Shown here: one piece after another, positions 55,726 through 64,000 of the stretch
How positions within the stretch are numbered: position 1 is the first letter of the stretch
How the letters are laid out: every line of letters starts with the position of its first letter
Origin: Candidatus Zixiibacteriota bacterium
Lineage (GTDB): Bacteria > RBG-13-66-14 > B26-G2 > WVWN01
NCBI GenBank assembly: GCA_050117845.1
Contig: JASFLY010000013.1
Span: forward strand, 6,829 to 70,828
Length of the DNA stretch: 64,000 bases
Reading direction: 5' to 3'
Program-made: the position numbers and the translations under genes
Notes under the pieces: generated by a model
The model's input: only the letters and a program-made list of their open reading frames with translations
What the model was told of the DNA's origin: nothing
The model's database searches: none

Positions 55726-57427
55726 AACGACGACCGGCGTAACGGTGGACCGCGGCGTAGGCCGCGGGGCCACGTTCGCGTCCATTACCGGCCGCATCGG
55801 CATCGAAGAGGCGAACGAACTCCAGCGCCGCTTCGACGAGGTCTTCAAGGCCGGCCGGCCCTGGGTCATTATCAGCATGAGGGACGTGGACTTCATTTGT
55901 TCCGCCGGCATGGGGACGCTGCTCTCCGCCGTCGGGGAATCCCGCAAGAGCGGCGGCGAGGTCATCTTCACCGACGTGTCGGCCAAGGTCCGGACCATAT
56001 TCGAGTTCCTGGACATCTGGGACTACATCACGACCGCTCCGGACAAGGACGCGGCCCTCGAGATGGTTACGGCGGGGAAGCGGATACAAGCCCGCCAGGC
56101 CGCGGCCGTACTCACGCCGTCCTTCATCGCCGACGACCTCAAGGCGAAATTGAACGCCGGCGTCCGCCTGAGCAAAGAGGGCAAACTAAAGGACGCGCTC
56201 GCGTACCTGAACGCCGTCCTCAAATCGGAAAAAGACAACGTCTCGGCGCTGACCTGGAAGGCGAACGTCCTCGAGCGGCTGGGCCAGTTGGGCGAGGCGC
56301 GGCGCCTGTACCGCCGCGTTTGCGAGATAGGCCGGGGCGACCGCCAACTTCTGGCGTACGCCCGCAACCGCTTCGAGAAGCTGAACCAGAAGCTGGACCA
56401 GGCCGCGGACCGGGACCGCGTTTACGATCAATTAAAAGACTACGTTCGGGAGCTGGCCCGCGCGCCCGTCGGGACGCCGGACTTCCTGAAGCCCCGCCGC
56501 ACCGTCGAGGAGGGGCGCGGCCCCTTCCTGGAGTGGTGCCGCACGTGGGACGACAACCCGCTTTACGGGAACGACAGCCTGGGCCGGAACCTGGCCACCG
56601 GCGGGGGCATGTTCCTCTGGGCCGGCGGCCGCGGAATAGTGGTGGACCCCGGGAAAAACTTCGTCGCCCGCTTCGCGGCGGCCGGGTACCGCCTGGTGGA
56701 TATCGACGCCATCGTCGTGACCAGCGTCGCCTGGGACCACAACGCCGACCTCGAGCCGTTGGTGGAAGTGATAAGCCGATACAATAAGGCGGGGGTGGGG
56801 CCGGTCAAACGGGTCGAGACCTTCGTCAACGCCGGCGTGTATAAGAGGAACTACTCGTGGCTTTCGGCCGCCAAGGACGCGGTTTCGAAACTCACGGTGC
56901 TGTACCCGGGGCACGCCTACCGCATCGGCACCGCGGCGCTCGACGTCAAACCGGCCGATGTCCCGGAGGCTCGCGAAGACGACGTATTGGGTTTCATCCT
57001 GACGGCGGGGGACGGCAGCATCGGTTACGTGGCCGACGCCGGCTGTCGGGACGTGGACGTCCTCGCGGCCCAGTATCGGGGGGCGCGGGGCAGGCCGCTC
57101 GTAGCTTACGTCGGCGGCGCGTACGCCGACGAAAACGTTAAAAAATGGTATGGGGATTATTTGGGCGTGGAAGCGCTGAGTCGCCTGCTGTCGGACGTCA
57201 GGCCGCAGGTGGCCTTGCTCGGGAAGGTGGCCGACGTGCCCGACCCGGTTAAACTGGGCGCGGCTATAACGAAGGCCACCAACGTCCGGTGTGTCCCTCT
57301 GGACGTGGGGTTCCGCGTCAACGTTGAAACATCGGAAGCCTATATTGGCGAGGGAGCGGTATCTCTGAGCAGCCTGGAGGTCGGCCTGTCCGGAGACGGA
57401 CGGCTGGCGTATAAGAAAAGAGATTAA
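55712..57427 (+). CDS. STAS-TPR-metallo-beta-lactamase-fold fusion protein
   Basis: VDFICSAGMG.LL (STAS), TPR-like helices (ALTWKANVLERLG..EA...Y), GGG.FLW..GRGIVVDPG...DIDAIVVTSVAWDH. Confidence 0.75.
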   Translation: MAPSKTTTGVTVDRGVGRGATFASITGRIGIEEANELQRRFDEVFKAGRPWVIISMRDVDFICSAGMGTLLSAVGESRKSGGEVIFTDVSAKVRTIFEFLDIWDYITTAPDKDAALEMVTAGKRIQARQAAAVLTPSFIADDLKAKLNAGVRLSKEGKLKDALAYLNAVLKSEKDNVSALTWKANVLERLGQLGEARRLYRRVCEIGRGDRQLLAYARNRFEKLNQKLDQAADRDRVYDQLKDYVRELARAPVGTPDFLKPRRTVEEGRGPFLEWCRTWDDNPLYGNDSLGRNLATGGGMFLWAGGRGIVVDPGKNFVARFAAAGYRLVDIDAIVVTSVAWDHNADLEPLVEVISRYNKAGVGPVKRVETFVNAGVYKRNYSWLSAAKDAVSKLTVLYPGHAYRIGTAALDVKPADVPEAREDDVLGFILTAGDGSIGYVADAGCRDVDVLAAQYRGARGRPLVAYVGGAYADENVKKWYGDYLGVEALSRLLSDVRPQVALLGKVADVPDPVKLGAAITKATNVRCVPLDVGFRVNVETSEAYIGEGAVSLSSLEVGLSGDGRLAYKKRD

Positions 57428-57482
57428 CGGTACCGTTTTCCAGGACTTACGGCGTCGCCGGGGTCTTTTCCGGAAGGGTGAT

Positions 57483-57866
57483 ATGAAGGACTTCAAGATA
57501 AGCAGAGTAGAAGACGGTAAAAACGGCGTCGTGGTGGTGGCGGTCGAAGGTCAGGTCGGCATCGAAGAAGCGGCGCAGGTCTCGAAATTTTTCGAGGAGC
57601 TTGAGAACGAGGGCGTCATATGGGTCGTCGTCAACCTCAAGGGCGTCGACTTCATTAGCACCGCCGGCGTGGGGGCTTTGCTTTACGCCGTGGGTGGCGC
57701 TCGGAAACGGGGCGGCGAGATAGTCTTTATCGAATTTTCGCCCAAGACGAAAGCCGTATTCGAGTTCCTCGACCTGCACGACTTTATCGTCACCGCTGCG
57801 GATCGCGACGGCGGCCTGGGCATAATCAAGGAAATACAAAGCGGCGCCCGGCCGGCAGGCGGCTAA
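57483..57866 (+). CDS. STAS-domain anti-sigma factor antagonist
   Basis: VVNLKGVDFISTAGVGALL...RKRGGEI. Confidence 0.88.
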   Translation: MKDFKISRVEDGKNGVVVVAVEGQVGIEEAAQVSKFFEELENEGVIWVVVNLKGVDFISTAGVGALLYAVGGARKRGGEIVFIEFSPKTKAVFEFLDLHDFIVTAADRDGGLGIIKEIQSGARPAGG

Positions 57867-57933
57867 TCGGACGCCGTTTTGGGGGGAACGCCGACTCCGG
57901 CTTCTACCGGAGTAGTGCCTTCGTTGTTTGCCC

Positions 57934-60165
57934 CTAAAGCGTAACTTTGTAGATTACGCCCTCTCGTAACACCTCGATCTCCGCGCCGAGAGCGAAATAC
58001 GGCGCGAGGTCGGGGTGTTTTTCTATTAGTTTGAAGTATTCGTCGCTCGCGAACTCGACCACGACCGTGTCGGCCTCCGGCCCCTCGTCGAGCGCGATGT
58101 CCCGCCATACGCCGCCCGCCCGGCGGAAACTCTTTCCGGCCACGAAGCGCGCGCCGTCGCCGTCTCCATAGGCCGAACCGGCCACCGCCGCTTCCTTGAA
58201 GCCGCCGATGGTCTTGGATTCGCGGACCGATAGTTCGTCCCGGGACTTCGGCGCCGAGTAGACTATACCCGGCGTCCTGACCAACTCCGCCCCGGCCATC
58301 CACCGTCCGGCCGTACCGGCGTCCTCGCTCGTCATGGCGCCGACTTTACCCCATACCGTGGGGGAAGGCCGCGATATGGACGTGCCGGCGTCCTCGACCA
58401 GGTACGACGTATAGGGGGTCGGGATGCCGTAACGCTTGGACAGCGCGACTATGGAATCGACGAGTTCTTTGTCCTCGCCCTCGAGTTTGATTTGCTCGAG
58501 GAGGAAGCCTATCTTGCGCGTCGCCCACAGCGCGGCGATGTACGGGTTGTCCCGGCTCTCGCCCGCCACCGCGGCCAGTTCGTAGCGGAAGCTTTCGCGG
58601 CGGCCGGCGCGCTCGCCCGAAAGGGTCAACGCGCCGTCGGCCAACTCACCCTTGAAGCGGCCGAAGAGCGTTAGCTGCGTACCGGCGAAGATGTCGGGCA
58701 GCGCGGGCGGGTAGGCGTCGTAGCACTCGACGTTCTCCCACGCCAGCTCCACATCCGTGAGGACCGGCCGGGATATTTTATCGTAGAACGACGTTACGGC
58801 GAGTTCCAGGTCCTCGCCCGGTTCCACGTACTGCGCGGTGCCGCCGTTCTTCCGGGAGAGGTCGTCCAGAAGCTCCGTGCGGACCTTGTAGCCCACGCCG
58901 AACGAGAAGATGCGGGCGTCCGCGCTCTCGTTGGCGGCCCGGGCGTTGGCCACGATGTCCGGGACGTTGCGCTCGCCGACCGTCGGTTTGCCGTCGGTCA
59001 GAAAAACCACCATCGTCGGCCCCACGGCCTCGGCGGACGCGGAAGCGAGGCCCTTGCCCAGCGCTCCGTCGATATTGGTCCCGCCGCCGGCGGTGAGCTT
59101 TTTCACGAAGGCCAGGCCGGCGTCGACGTTCGCCTTGGTCGCCGGGACCGTCTCGTCGCGGAAGAGCGTCGGCTGTTCGTTGAAGGGGATGATGTTGAAC
59201 CGGTCCCCGGGGCCGAGCTGGTTCAGGCAATAGGACGCGGCCTCCCGGACCTGCTCAATTTTGTCCCCGGCCATGGAGCCGGATACGTCCACGACGAAGA
59301 TAACTTCCTTGGGTTCGGGGGACGACTCGGCCGCGGCCGGCGGCGTTAGCACCAGCAGCAGGTAGCCGTCCTCGCCGCCTTCGCGGTGGGCCAGGACGCT
59401 CGCGCCCACTTCGGCGTCGCCCGGCGCGTAATAGAGGACGAAGTCCTGGGAGGGTTTTACGTCCTCGACGTGGTACCGGACGGAAGCGGCGTTCGGGGTT
59501 TTGCGTTCGAGTTTAACCTTGTGGGACGGTGAGAAGACGCTGTCGATGGCGCTCTCGGTTTTAATGTCGACCCGCACGTCCACGTCCTCGATGGGCTGGC
59601 GGCTGAAGCGTTCAGTATCCAGCGGGTACACGAACTTTACCAGGCCGCCGTCGTACGGCAACAGCTCCGAATACGTTATCTCGACGCGCTTCTCACCCTC
59701 CGCCGGAATGGGGTATATCCGCGCCTTCACGGCGCCCCGGCCTATGTACTCCAGGAGGGCCGGGTCCTGGTTTTTATTGACGAGCGAGCGGTATTCGACC
59801 GCCGCCTCGGCCGCGTCGAGCATCTCGCCCTCCACCGGCTTCCCGTCCACCTTGAGCGAAAAGCGGTCTATCGCCGCGCCTTTGGGCAGCGGGAAAATAT
59901 ACGTACCCTCGAGGTCGAAGCTGTACGGATTCTCGAACACCTCGTCGACGTGGGTAGTCCCGACCTGTCCCTCGATGACCGTCTCGACGCGGTGATACTT
60001 GATGTCGAGGCTGTACGGTTCGGGCCGGGTTCCGGGGTGGGGCCAGGGGGGGCTGGGTTGACGGTAAGGCCAGGGGATGATAATGCCGTCGGCGGCGCCG
60101 ACGGCCGGGAGGACGATTAAAAGTACGGCCAGCGTCAACACGTGCCGGGATAATTTGCGCCACAT
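57934..60165 (-). CDS. VIT and VWA domain protein (inter-alpha-trypsin inhibitor-like), secreted
   Basis: ADGIIIP start, F.NP....LEG.Y.FPLP, DPALLEY, DVSGSM MIDAS, GGTNI, FLTDG.PT, LWATRKIG.L, TPYTSYLV. Confidence 0.9.
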   Translation of the reverse strand: MWRKLSRHVLTLAVLLIVLPAVGAADGIIIPWPYRQPSPPWPHPGTRPEPYSLDIKYHRVETVIEGQVGTTHVDEVFENPYSFDLEGTYIFPLPKGAAIDRFSLKVDGKPVEGEMLDAAEAAVEYRSLVNKNQDPALLEYIGRGAVKARIYPIPAEGEKRVEITYSELLPYDGGLVKFVYPLDTERFSRQPIEDVDVRVDIKTESAIDSVFSPSHKVKLERKTPNAASVRYHVEDVKPSQDFVLYYAPGDAEVGASVLAHREGGEDGYLLLVLTPPAAAESSPEPKEVIFVVDVSGSMAGDKIEQVREAASYCLNQLGPGDRFNIIPFNEQPTLFRDETVPATKANVDAGLAFVKKLTAGGGTNIDGALGKGLASASAEAVGPTMVVFLTDGKPTVGERNVPDIVANARAANESADARIFSFGVGYKVRTELLDDLSRKNGGTAQYVEPGEDLELAVTSFYDKISRPVLTDVELAWENVECYDAYPPALPDIFAGTQLTLFGRFKGELADGALTLSGERAGRRESFRYELAAVAGESRDNPYIAALWATRKIGFLLEQIKLEGEDKELVDSIVALSKRYGIPTPYTSYLVEDAGTSISRPSPTVWGKVGAMTSEDAGTAGRWMAGAELVRTPGIVYSAPKSRDELSVRESKTIGGFKEAAVAGSAYGDGDGARFVAGKSFRRAGGVWRDIALDEGPEADTVVVEFASDEYFKLIEKHPDLAPYFALGAEIEVLREGVIYKVTL

Positions 60166-60267
60166 AATTGCTACCTCGCTTGGGATGAGCGAATAAGGTT
60201 GTCGCCAATTCGACGCCGGGGGAGGGCGTTCGGTTTAAGGGCCGGCCGCCGGGGGGAGCGGAGGGAA

Positions 60268-61062
60268 TCAGGCTTCACGGTCGCGCAAGCGCTCGAGGAC
60301 CTGGCGCACGATTTCGCGCACGGTTTCGTCGTCCGGGGCGGCCGCGGGATTAACGCCGGCGACGGAGGAATCGGGGGGAGAGTTTGAGGAGGCGGGGGCC
60401 GGGGCCGCTTCGCACATTATTCTCAACGGGGGCTGGCCCGGGCCGCGGGCCGTCAGTTTCTCGACGTCGTCGACGGTCAGCACCGATACGTGGCCGAGTT
60501 GACGGGCGACCAGCATCACCTGGGCGAACTGCTCCACCTTCTCCAGCGTGAAGTACGCCGCCTCCAGCGTCGCCCCCAGCGTAACCGTGCCGTGGTTGGC
60601 GAGGAGGAGGGCGTTATGGTCGCGCAGATGGGGCCGGATACTCTCGGGCACTTCGTCCGTGGACGGGGTGGCGTACGGCGCCAGCGGGACGTTGCCCAGC
60701 GTCGATACTATCTCGGGCAGAACGCACTCGGCGAGGGGCATCCGGGCGACGGCGAATCCGGTGGCGATGGGGGGGTGGGCGTGAACGACGCCGCCCACGT
60801 CGCTCCGTTCTTTGTATATCTCGAGGTGGAGAAGGATCTCGCTGGAGGCGTCACGCTTGCCTTCGACCCGCCGGCCGTCGAGGTCGAGGATTACTATGTC
60901 CTCGGCCTCCATCATGCCCTTGCACATTCCGGCGGGCGTCGCCGCGACGAAACCGTCGCCCACGCGGCAACTCATATTGCCGTCCGAGGCCGCAACGAAG
61001 CCCTTCTCGTAGCAGCGGCGGCCTATTTCGACGATTTCCCGGCGAGCTTGCCATATATTCAT
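60268..61062 (-). CDS. Class II aldolase/adducin (FucA-like) with C-terminal encapsulation-peptide-like helix
   Basis: DGNMS.R, TP.G..K, SSEI.LH..IY..R.DV..VVHAHPP, LLANHG; tail DDETVREIVRQVLERLRD. Confidence 0.9.
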   Translation of the reverse strand: MNIWQARREIVEIGRRCYEKGFVAASDGNMSCRVGDGFVAATPAGMCKGMMEAEDIVILDLDGRRVEGKRDASSEILLHLEIYKERSDVGGVVHAHPPIATGFAVARMPLAECVLPEIVSTLGNVPLAPYATPSTDEVPESIRPHLRDHNALLLANHGTVTLGATLEAAYFTLEKVEQFAQVMLVARQLGHVSVLTVDDVEKLTARGPGQPPLRIMCEAAPAPASSNSPPDSSVAGVNPAAAPDDETVREIVRQVLERLRDREA

Positions 61063-61353
61063 ACGGTTGCACCTCGGATGTTTATTATATTCAGGAGGTT
61101 ACGGATAAAACGGGATAAAGCGGTTTAATATTAAAGCCGGCGTAACCGGAACTCCGGCCGATACGCTATGATAAACTCAAATATTATTAATTATCGGGCC
61201 GCTCCGGCGTTCGCTTCGCATATTACTTTAAGTACCGGTAGAGGCGGTTAACGGCGTATTTGGGGGCGCCGTTACGCTACCCGTTAAGCTATCCCGACCC
61301 GAATATAACACTAGTTCGGACCTTTGGCAAAAGAAAACCCGTCTCCCGCCAAT

Positions 61354-61388
61354 AAAAATACCCGCCCGGTGGCCGGGCGGGCGTTTTT
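61354..61388 (-). terminator. Rho-independent terminator
   Basis: AAAAATA-CCCGCCCGG-TGG-CCGGGCGGG-CGTTTTT. Confidence 0.75.
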
Positions 61389-61400
61389 ACCTGATGGGGT

Positions 61401-62606
61401 TTAGGGCGAGTAGACCATAGTTTTGACGAAACGCTCTCCCGCCGCTTCCATGGTGCAAAGGTAGACGCCGGGGGCGACTTTCCCCGGCCGCCAGTCGACG
61501 TCGTGGATCCCCGGGGGATATATCCGGTCGGCGAGGGTCGTTACCTTGCGGCCGCTGAGGTCGTAGACCGCCAGGTGAACGCGGGCCGAAACGTCACAGG
61601 CGAACGTTATAGTCGTATATTTGTCGACCGGGTTGGGCCGGTTCTGAGCCAGGCGGAAGGCCCGGGGTTTGACCGAGGCCGGCGGGGGGCCGGGGGCGAA
61701 ACCGGCGAGGGCCGTGTCCGCGTTGGCGAGTAACTCCTCCAGGTCGGCCCCCGCCACGAGCGCGAATGTGATGCGCTGTCGCTGGTTCGGGGCGAGGGAG
61801 AACGGGCCGGTGCACAGCATGAAACGCCAGTCGTAGGGTTCCGTACGGACGCAATCGAATTTAGGTTGTCGCATGTATTCGAAGATGACGGCTTCGACCT
61901 CGGGGTCGTTTTTGATATCCCAGGCGTACGCGCTGTGGGGGCGGGCGTCCACGCACAGCAAGCCGATATAGGGGTTGCCGGCATCGTGGTCGTACATGTA
62001 CGGCATGGCCCTTTCTTCGTCGAAGCCGACGCAGTCCTCGATATAGGAGAATGAGCCACCGATGTCGAGGTCGTAGGAGAGGGAAAAATAAGCGTCGTCG
62101 ATCCGTTGCGCGTTATCGTTGGTCAAGTAGTAGCGAAGGCCGACTATGTCTTCGGCGTCGGGCGTCGCCCAACTCATTCCGTGAAACTCGCACGTAACGG
62201 GGATGGGGCCGTTCTGGCCGGCGTGACCGTCGTCCATTCGGAAGTAGGAATCGAGAGTGCCCGTGCGGTGGACGTACGAGGGGACTTCCGACCATTCGGG
62301 GTCGTCCGACATGATGACCGGCGTAACGTCGTTCCATTCCCGGCCGCCGGAGAGGTGCAGGTCGTTTCCGAGCATCGTCCCGAACCATATATCGCCGTAG
62401 TAGATGTGGGCCGGGCCGCTCGGGGCGGGATAAATGCCGGTTTCGTAAACGTAACCCTGGTTATATATTTCGAGCCAAAACAGGCCGTCGTCGAGTATTC
62501 CGGAGTAGCCGTAATCCTCCGAGAGCGGCCCTGCGGACTTCGCCGGCGCCTGTACCGCGAACACGGCGCACGCCAGAGCGACCGTGGCGAACAATCTCGC
62601 GTTCAT
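61401..62606 (-). CDS. Secreted protein with T9SS type A/FlgD-like C-terminal domain
   Basis: Signal peptide; C-terminal FRLAQNRPNP....TTITF...LAVYDLSGRKVTTL...PGVYL. Confidence 0.8.
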   Translation of the reverse strand: MNARLFATVALACAVFAVQAPAKSAGPLSEDYGYSGILDDGLFWLEIYNQGYVYETGIYPAPSGPAHIYYGDIWFGTMLGNDLHLSGGREWNDVTPVIMSDDPEWSEVPSYVHRTGTLDSYFRMDDGHAGQNGPIPVTCEFHGMSWATPDAEDIVGLRYYLTNDNAQRIDDAYFSLSYDLDIGGSFSYIEDCVGFDEERAMPYMYDHDAGNPYIGLLCVDARPHSAYAWDIKNDPEVEAVIFEYMRQPKFDCVRTEPYDWRFMLCTGPFSLAPNQRQRITFALVAGADLEELLANADTALAGFAPGPPPASVKPRAFRLAQNRPNPVDKYTTITFACDVSARVHLAVYDLSGRKVTTLADRIYPPGIHDVDWRPGKVAPGVYLCTMEAAGERFVKTMVYSP

Positions 62607-63221
62607 AATCGTCTCCCGTAAGGTTAGTTGTGTTTAAGATTGAGATAATGCCGAGAGGAGTACGATAATCCGCTTGGTTATTATACCCGCGGCGCCGACC
62701 CCGTACCGAGCAAGCCGGCGCCGCGTACTACCTCCTACCTCCCTTACCATTCTACTTCAGAGAGCCGTGCAATCGCGGCGTCGCTCCGGCGTCTTATTCC
62801 CGGCAACATGGGAAGCCGGCCGCGATTTTTACCTTCTCTTTATTTGCCTCCTCTTATAAATTCCAATGGGGCGACATCGCCAAAACGGACGATTGCGCCC
62901 CCATTTAACTTCGCTGTCTCCGGCGTTGATGCTATCTCGCACGTCGCATCCTCGCGTAACACATTCCTGTAAAGTTAAATTATAGTAAAATTAAAACGTA
63001 TTATAAGGTATTAGTCAAGGGAAAATATCGCTTAATTGCGGGCGTTGTTTTGTAACGTATTTATATTCAGTATAATACGGGAATATTGTGAATCGCGTCA
63101 CACAAACCTTTTATTCGTATTATGCGCGGCAGGATAGCCGCGGGAGTATAATTTTGGGCATGATGAAGCCGCCCCGGGGGGCGGTTTGAGGGTTGTCCAT
63201 CCGCGCCCCGCGTGGGGGCGG

Positions 63222-63602
63222 CTACGGTTTTTCGGCCTCGGCGGGGAGAGTGAAAGTGAAGGGATAACGTACGGTAACGGGGTCGCCGGAAGCCGGCCCG
63301 AAGTCCCATTGCGCGACCGCGGCGGCCACGGCGTCCTCGAACAGTTCACAATTCGTAGTCGCTTCCGCGACCTCGCTTGCGATAACGGCTCCCGTGCGGG
63401 CGATCGTGAACTTCACGACGACGGTGCCCTCCAGGCCCAGGCCCGCGTCGAGGTAGGTGTTATAGATGTCCGTTATCTCCGCTTTATGCTGGTCGATGAC
63501 GCGACCTATGTTATCGGGATCGCGGCCCTCGGCCGCGAGGGCGGGGCCGTATAAAACGGCTATGGCGGCGAGCGTTATAGCTATTGACCTGAGCTGCCTC
63601 AT
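63222..63602 (-). CDS. Secreted AgmX/PglI C-terminal (TonB-C-like) domain protein
   Basis: Signal peptide, IYN.YL....LEGTVVVKFTI..G.V, WDF....VTVRYPFTF. Confidence 0.8.
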   Translation of the reverse strand: MRQLRSIAITLAAIAVLYGPALAAEGRDPDNIGRVIDQHKAEITDIYNTYLDAGLGLEGTVVVKFTIARTGAVIASEVAEATTNCELFEDAVAAAVAQWDFGPASGDPVTVRYPFTFTLPAEAEKP

Positions 63603-64000
63603 TGTTTGCTGTAGAAAATGAACGGGTAGGTGAGCGTTACGTCGTTGGTGGCCGGCGTGAACACCCAGCGCTCCACCGCCCGGACGAGCGCGATTTCCAG
63701 CACCTGTACGTTGATGGTCGATTCGACGACCTCGACGGCGCCGACGTTCCCGGCGGCCGTGATGGTGAAGCGGACTTTTAGTTTGCCCGAGGCCTCGGGG
63801 AAACGATTCAAGAAGTTTACGTAAACCTCTTCGAGCTCTTTTTGTTTAATCTTGATCTCGGCCTGGATGTCGTCCGCCGTGCGGACGCCCCCGGCTTTCA
63901 TCTTCGTCGGCGCGGCGGTTTCCCCTCCGACGTCGACCGTCGTCGCGATGGTCACGGCGGTGCGCGCCATCTCGTTGGCCGGGGCGACGCGGCCCTCCTC
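63599..64000 (-). CDS. AgmX/PglI C-terminal domain protein, probably 5'-partial
   Basis: SGKLKVRFTITAAGNV...RWVF....VTLTYPFIF; frame stays open to base 64000. Confidence 0.78.
   Translation of the reverse strand, partial: EEGRVAPANEMARTAVTIATTVDVGGETAAPTKMKAGGVRTADDIQAEIKIKQKELEEVYVNFLNRFPEASGKLKVRFTITAAGNVGAVEVVESTINVQVLEIALVRAVERWVFTPATNDVTLTYPFIFYSKQ

Overview
GC-rich (roughly 65%) chromosomal window from a diderm, probably anaerobic bacterium; the lipid A genes, BamA, a T9SS-type C-terminal domain and Fhs suggest an FCB-related candidate phylum (inference only). Housekeeping blocks: trpS-scpA-scpB-rluB-cmk-plsC-ispH; ltaE-lpxB-msbA-waaA-lpxK-lpxL; tRNA-Glu; TonB paralogs; bamA; two GT39/ArnT-like genes; thiC; fhs; rpsA-der-plsY-gpsA; three BMC pentamer genes; STAS proteins; a VIT/VWA protein; and a class II aldolase ending in an encapsulation-peptide-like tail. 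The standout is an 11.4-kb minus-strand locus (32037-43430). It holds 12 tandem paralogs that share a nitrile-hydratase/Nif11-type (NHLP-like) leader, followed by a Tat-like/lipoprotein signal, variable cargo domains and recurrent G-I-R-P-D-type motifs. The array ends in a translationally coupled cobalamin-dependent radical SAM gene. It looks like a RiPP-style system that modifies exported (lipo)proteins rather than small peptides. All family assignments come from reading motifs by eye, not from database searches.
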